This document shows, in pieces, positions 49,367 to 50,591 of a DNA stretch of 50,591 nucleotides. Made by a program: the position numbers and the translations under genes. The stretch is from Nanobdellota archaeon. GTDB lineage: Archaea > Nanobdellota > Nanobdellia > Woesearchaeales > GW2011-AR9. The stretch covers positions 1-50,591 of the forward strand of contig JBFMFP010000003.1 in assembly GCA_040751885.1 (NCBI GenBank), in the 5' to 3' direction. Under the pieces are notes generated by a model. It did no database searches. It saw nothing but the letters and a program-made list of their open reading frames with translations, and had not been told where the DNA came from. Position 1 is the first letter of the stretch, and the number at the start of each line of letters is the position of its first letter.

Positions 49367-50484
49367 AAAAGATAACTTTAATTATTGTCTTAATCTTTTT
49401 ATTGGTTCTTCCCTTAGTTTCTGCCGCGACCTTAGAATGTTTTGATGATGGCTCCATAAAAATTGACGGCCTGAAAAAGAGATGGCCAATTTCTGCTAAA
49501 GAAAAATACGGCGGGAAGGATTATTTTGAAGTGCCAGGCGAATATATCGAGAAAACGGTGAAAGGAAAAGAAAAAGAAAAAGAAAAAATTTATAGCTTTT
49601 ATTCCGATGAAGCCTTATTTGTAAGCCAGGAAGGGGCAAAATATACAGTAAAATTTGGTAAATATAGCTCTACAGTAACTTGTCCCCCTTTTCGATTCAG
49701 CTGCCGGATTTTTAATCTGTCCATCGATTACTGTTATAACCGGAACAACACTTTTACTTCCAAATTTATGGTTTATAATTTTTATTTCAATAAAACCAGT
49801 GTCTTAAGGTTTACCCAGCCTTATTTGCTCTGGTACGAAGTAAAAACAGAGAGTAAGCGGAATCTGGTGCATGCCGCAGACCGCTATAGCCCAGAATTCA
49901 GAGAGATTAATATTACCTTACGCAAGCTCAATGCGGGGAGCAAATTTATTCTCCGGTGGCCGACCAAGGAAAAAGTGGAAAAGTTTTTTATTATGTATCA
50001 CGACTGCCGGCAGAAAAGGTATAATCTCTATAAAAGTGCCCAGTGCACAGAAGCAATGGCTTGTACTATTGATAAAGATTGCCTCGCTGATGAGTACTGT
50101 GAAAAGGGAGTATGTGAAAAATTAGATTGCGGGGAATGCCAGTATATAGATGAACACCAATGTTTCAATTACACTTGCTGTTTGAATGAAGACTGTGCCT
50201 TAGAGGAGCAGTGTTTGAATCATAGCTGTGTCAGATTTCAATGCGCAGAAGAGGAATTTGTTTCTGAGCATGCCTGTCAAAAATTAGAATGTGCTTTTGA
50301 CGAATCTGTTTTTAATCATACCTGTGTAAAGCTGGAATGTCTGGATGAGGAAGAGGCCGTAAACCATATCTGTATGGCTTTGTCATGCGGAAGGTTCGAA
50401 AAACCCTTTCAGCATAAATGCCTCAGCTATTTTAAGTATTATTATCATAAACTTATTAAAAATAATCAAACTGAAGAAAAATAA
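49363..50484 (+). CDS. Secreted Cys-rich repeat protein
   Basis: MKK signal peptide; C-terminal C...E....H.C..L repeats; ATGA overlap. Confidence 0.75.
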   Translation: MKKITLIIVLIFLLVLPLVSAATLECFDDGSIKIDGLKKRWPISAKEKYGGKDYFEVPGEYIEKTVKGKEKEKEKIYSFYSDEALFVSQEGAKYTVKFGKYSSTVTCPPFRFSCRIFNLSIDYCYNRNNTFTSKFMVYNFYFNKTSVLRFTQPYLLWYEVKTESKRNLVHAADRYSPEFREINITLRKLNAGSKFILRWPTKEKVEKFFIMYHDCRQKRYNLYKSAQCTEAMACTIDKDCLADEYCEKGVCEKLDCGECQYIDEHQCFNYTCCLNEDCALEEQCLNHSCVRFQCAEEEFVSEHACQKLECAFDESVFNHTCVKLECLDEEEAVNHICMALSCGRFEKPFQHKCLSYFKYYYHKLIKNNQTEEK

Positions 50485-50591
50485 AGAAAAAAAAGGTTAA
50501 AAATAAATCAAGTAATAAGGTAAAACGTAAGTAAAAAGTATGAAAATAAATTAAGTGACAAAATAAAACATAAGTAAAAAAAATATGAAAA

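Overview
Archaeal chromosomal segment. It encodes a histone, aIF5A, aRF1, L40e, Rpp21, RadA and secF-secD, and uses TATA-box promoters. Gene content and style suggest a DPANN lineage such as Woesearchaeota (inference). Positions 1-16.3 kb are mostly housekeeping. The main discovery is a 7,597-bp cargo transposon (16382-23978) with perfect 19-bp terminal inverted repeats and a 5-bp target duplication (TAAAC). It inserted into the 8-bp target duplication of an older 173-bp MITE. It carries a doubly inactivated ISH3/IS4-like transposase and two cargo operons. The first is an unusual restriction-modification-like operon: small HTH regulator, m6A MTase, m4C-type MTase, a LAGLIDADG-like protein lacking its catalytic acids, and a small PD-(D/E)XK nuclease. 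The second is a convergent three-gene winged-helix/PLD-like operon that I cannot assign to a known system. Further along are a Fic gene, ppsA, MNT/HEPN genes and two B12-binding radical SAM genes, one frameshifted in an A9 tract. The window ends with a small-ORF/radA operon with a long leader, a sacsin-like nuclease-SNF2-SWIM cluster, and a secreted beta-propeller operon. Short tandem duplications are pervasive. No CRISPR array, tRNA or rRNA was seen. All family calls come from motif recognition by eye, not database searches.
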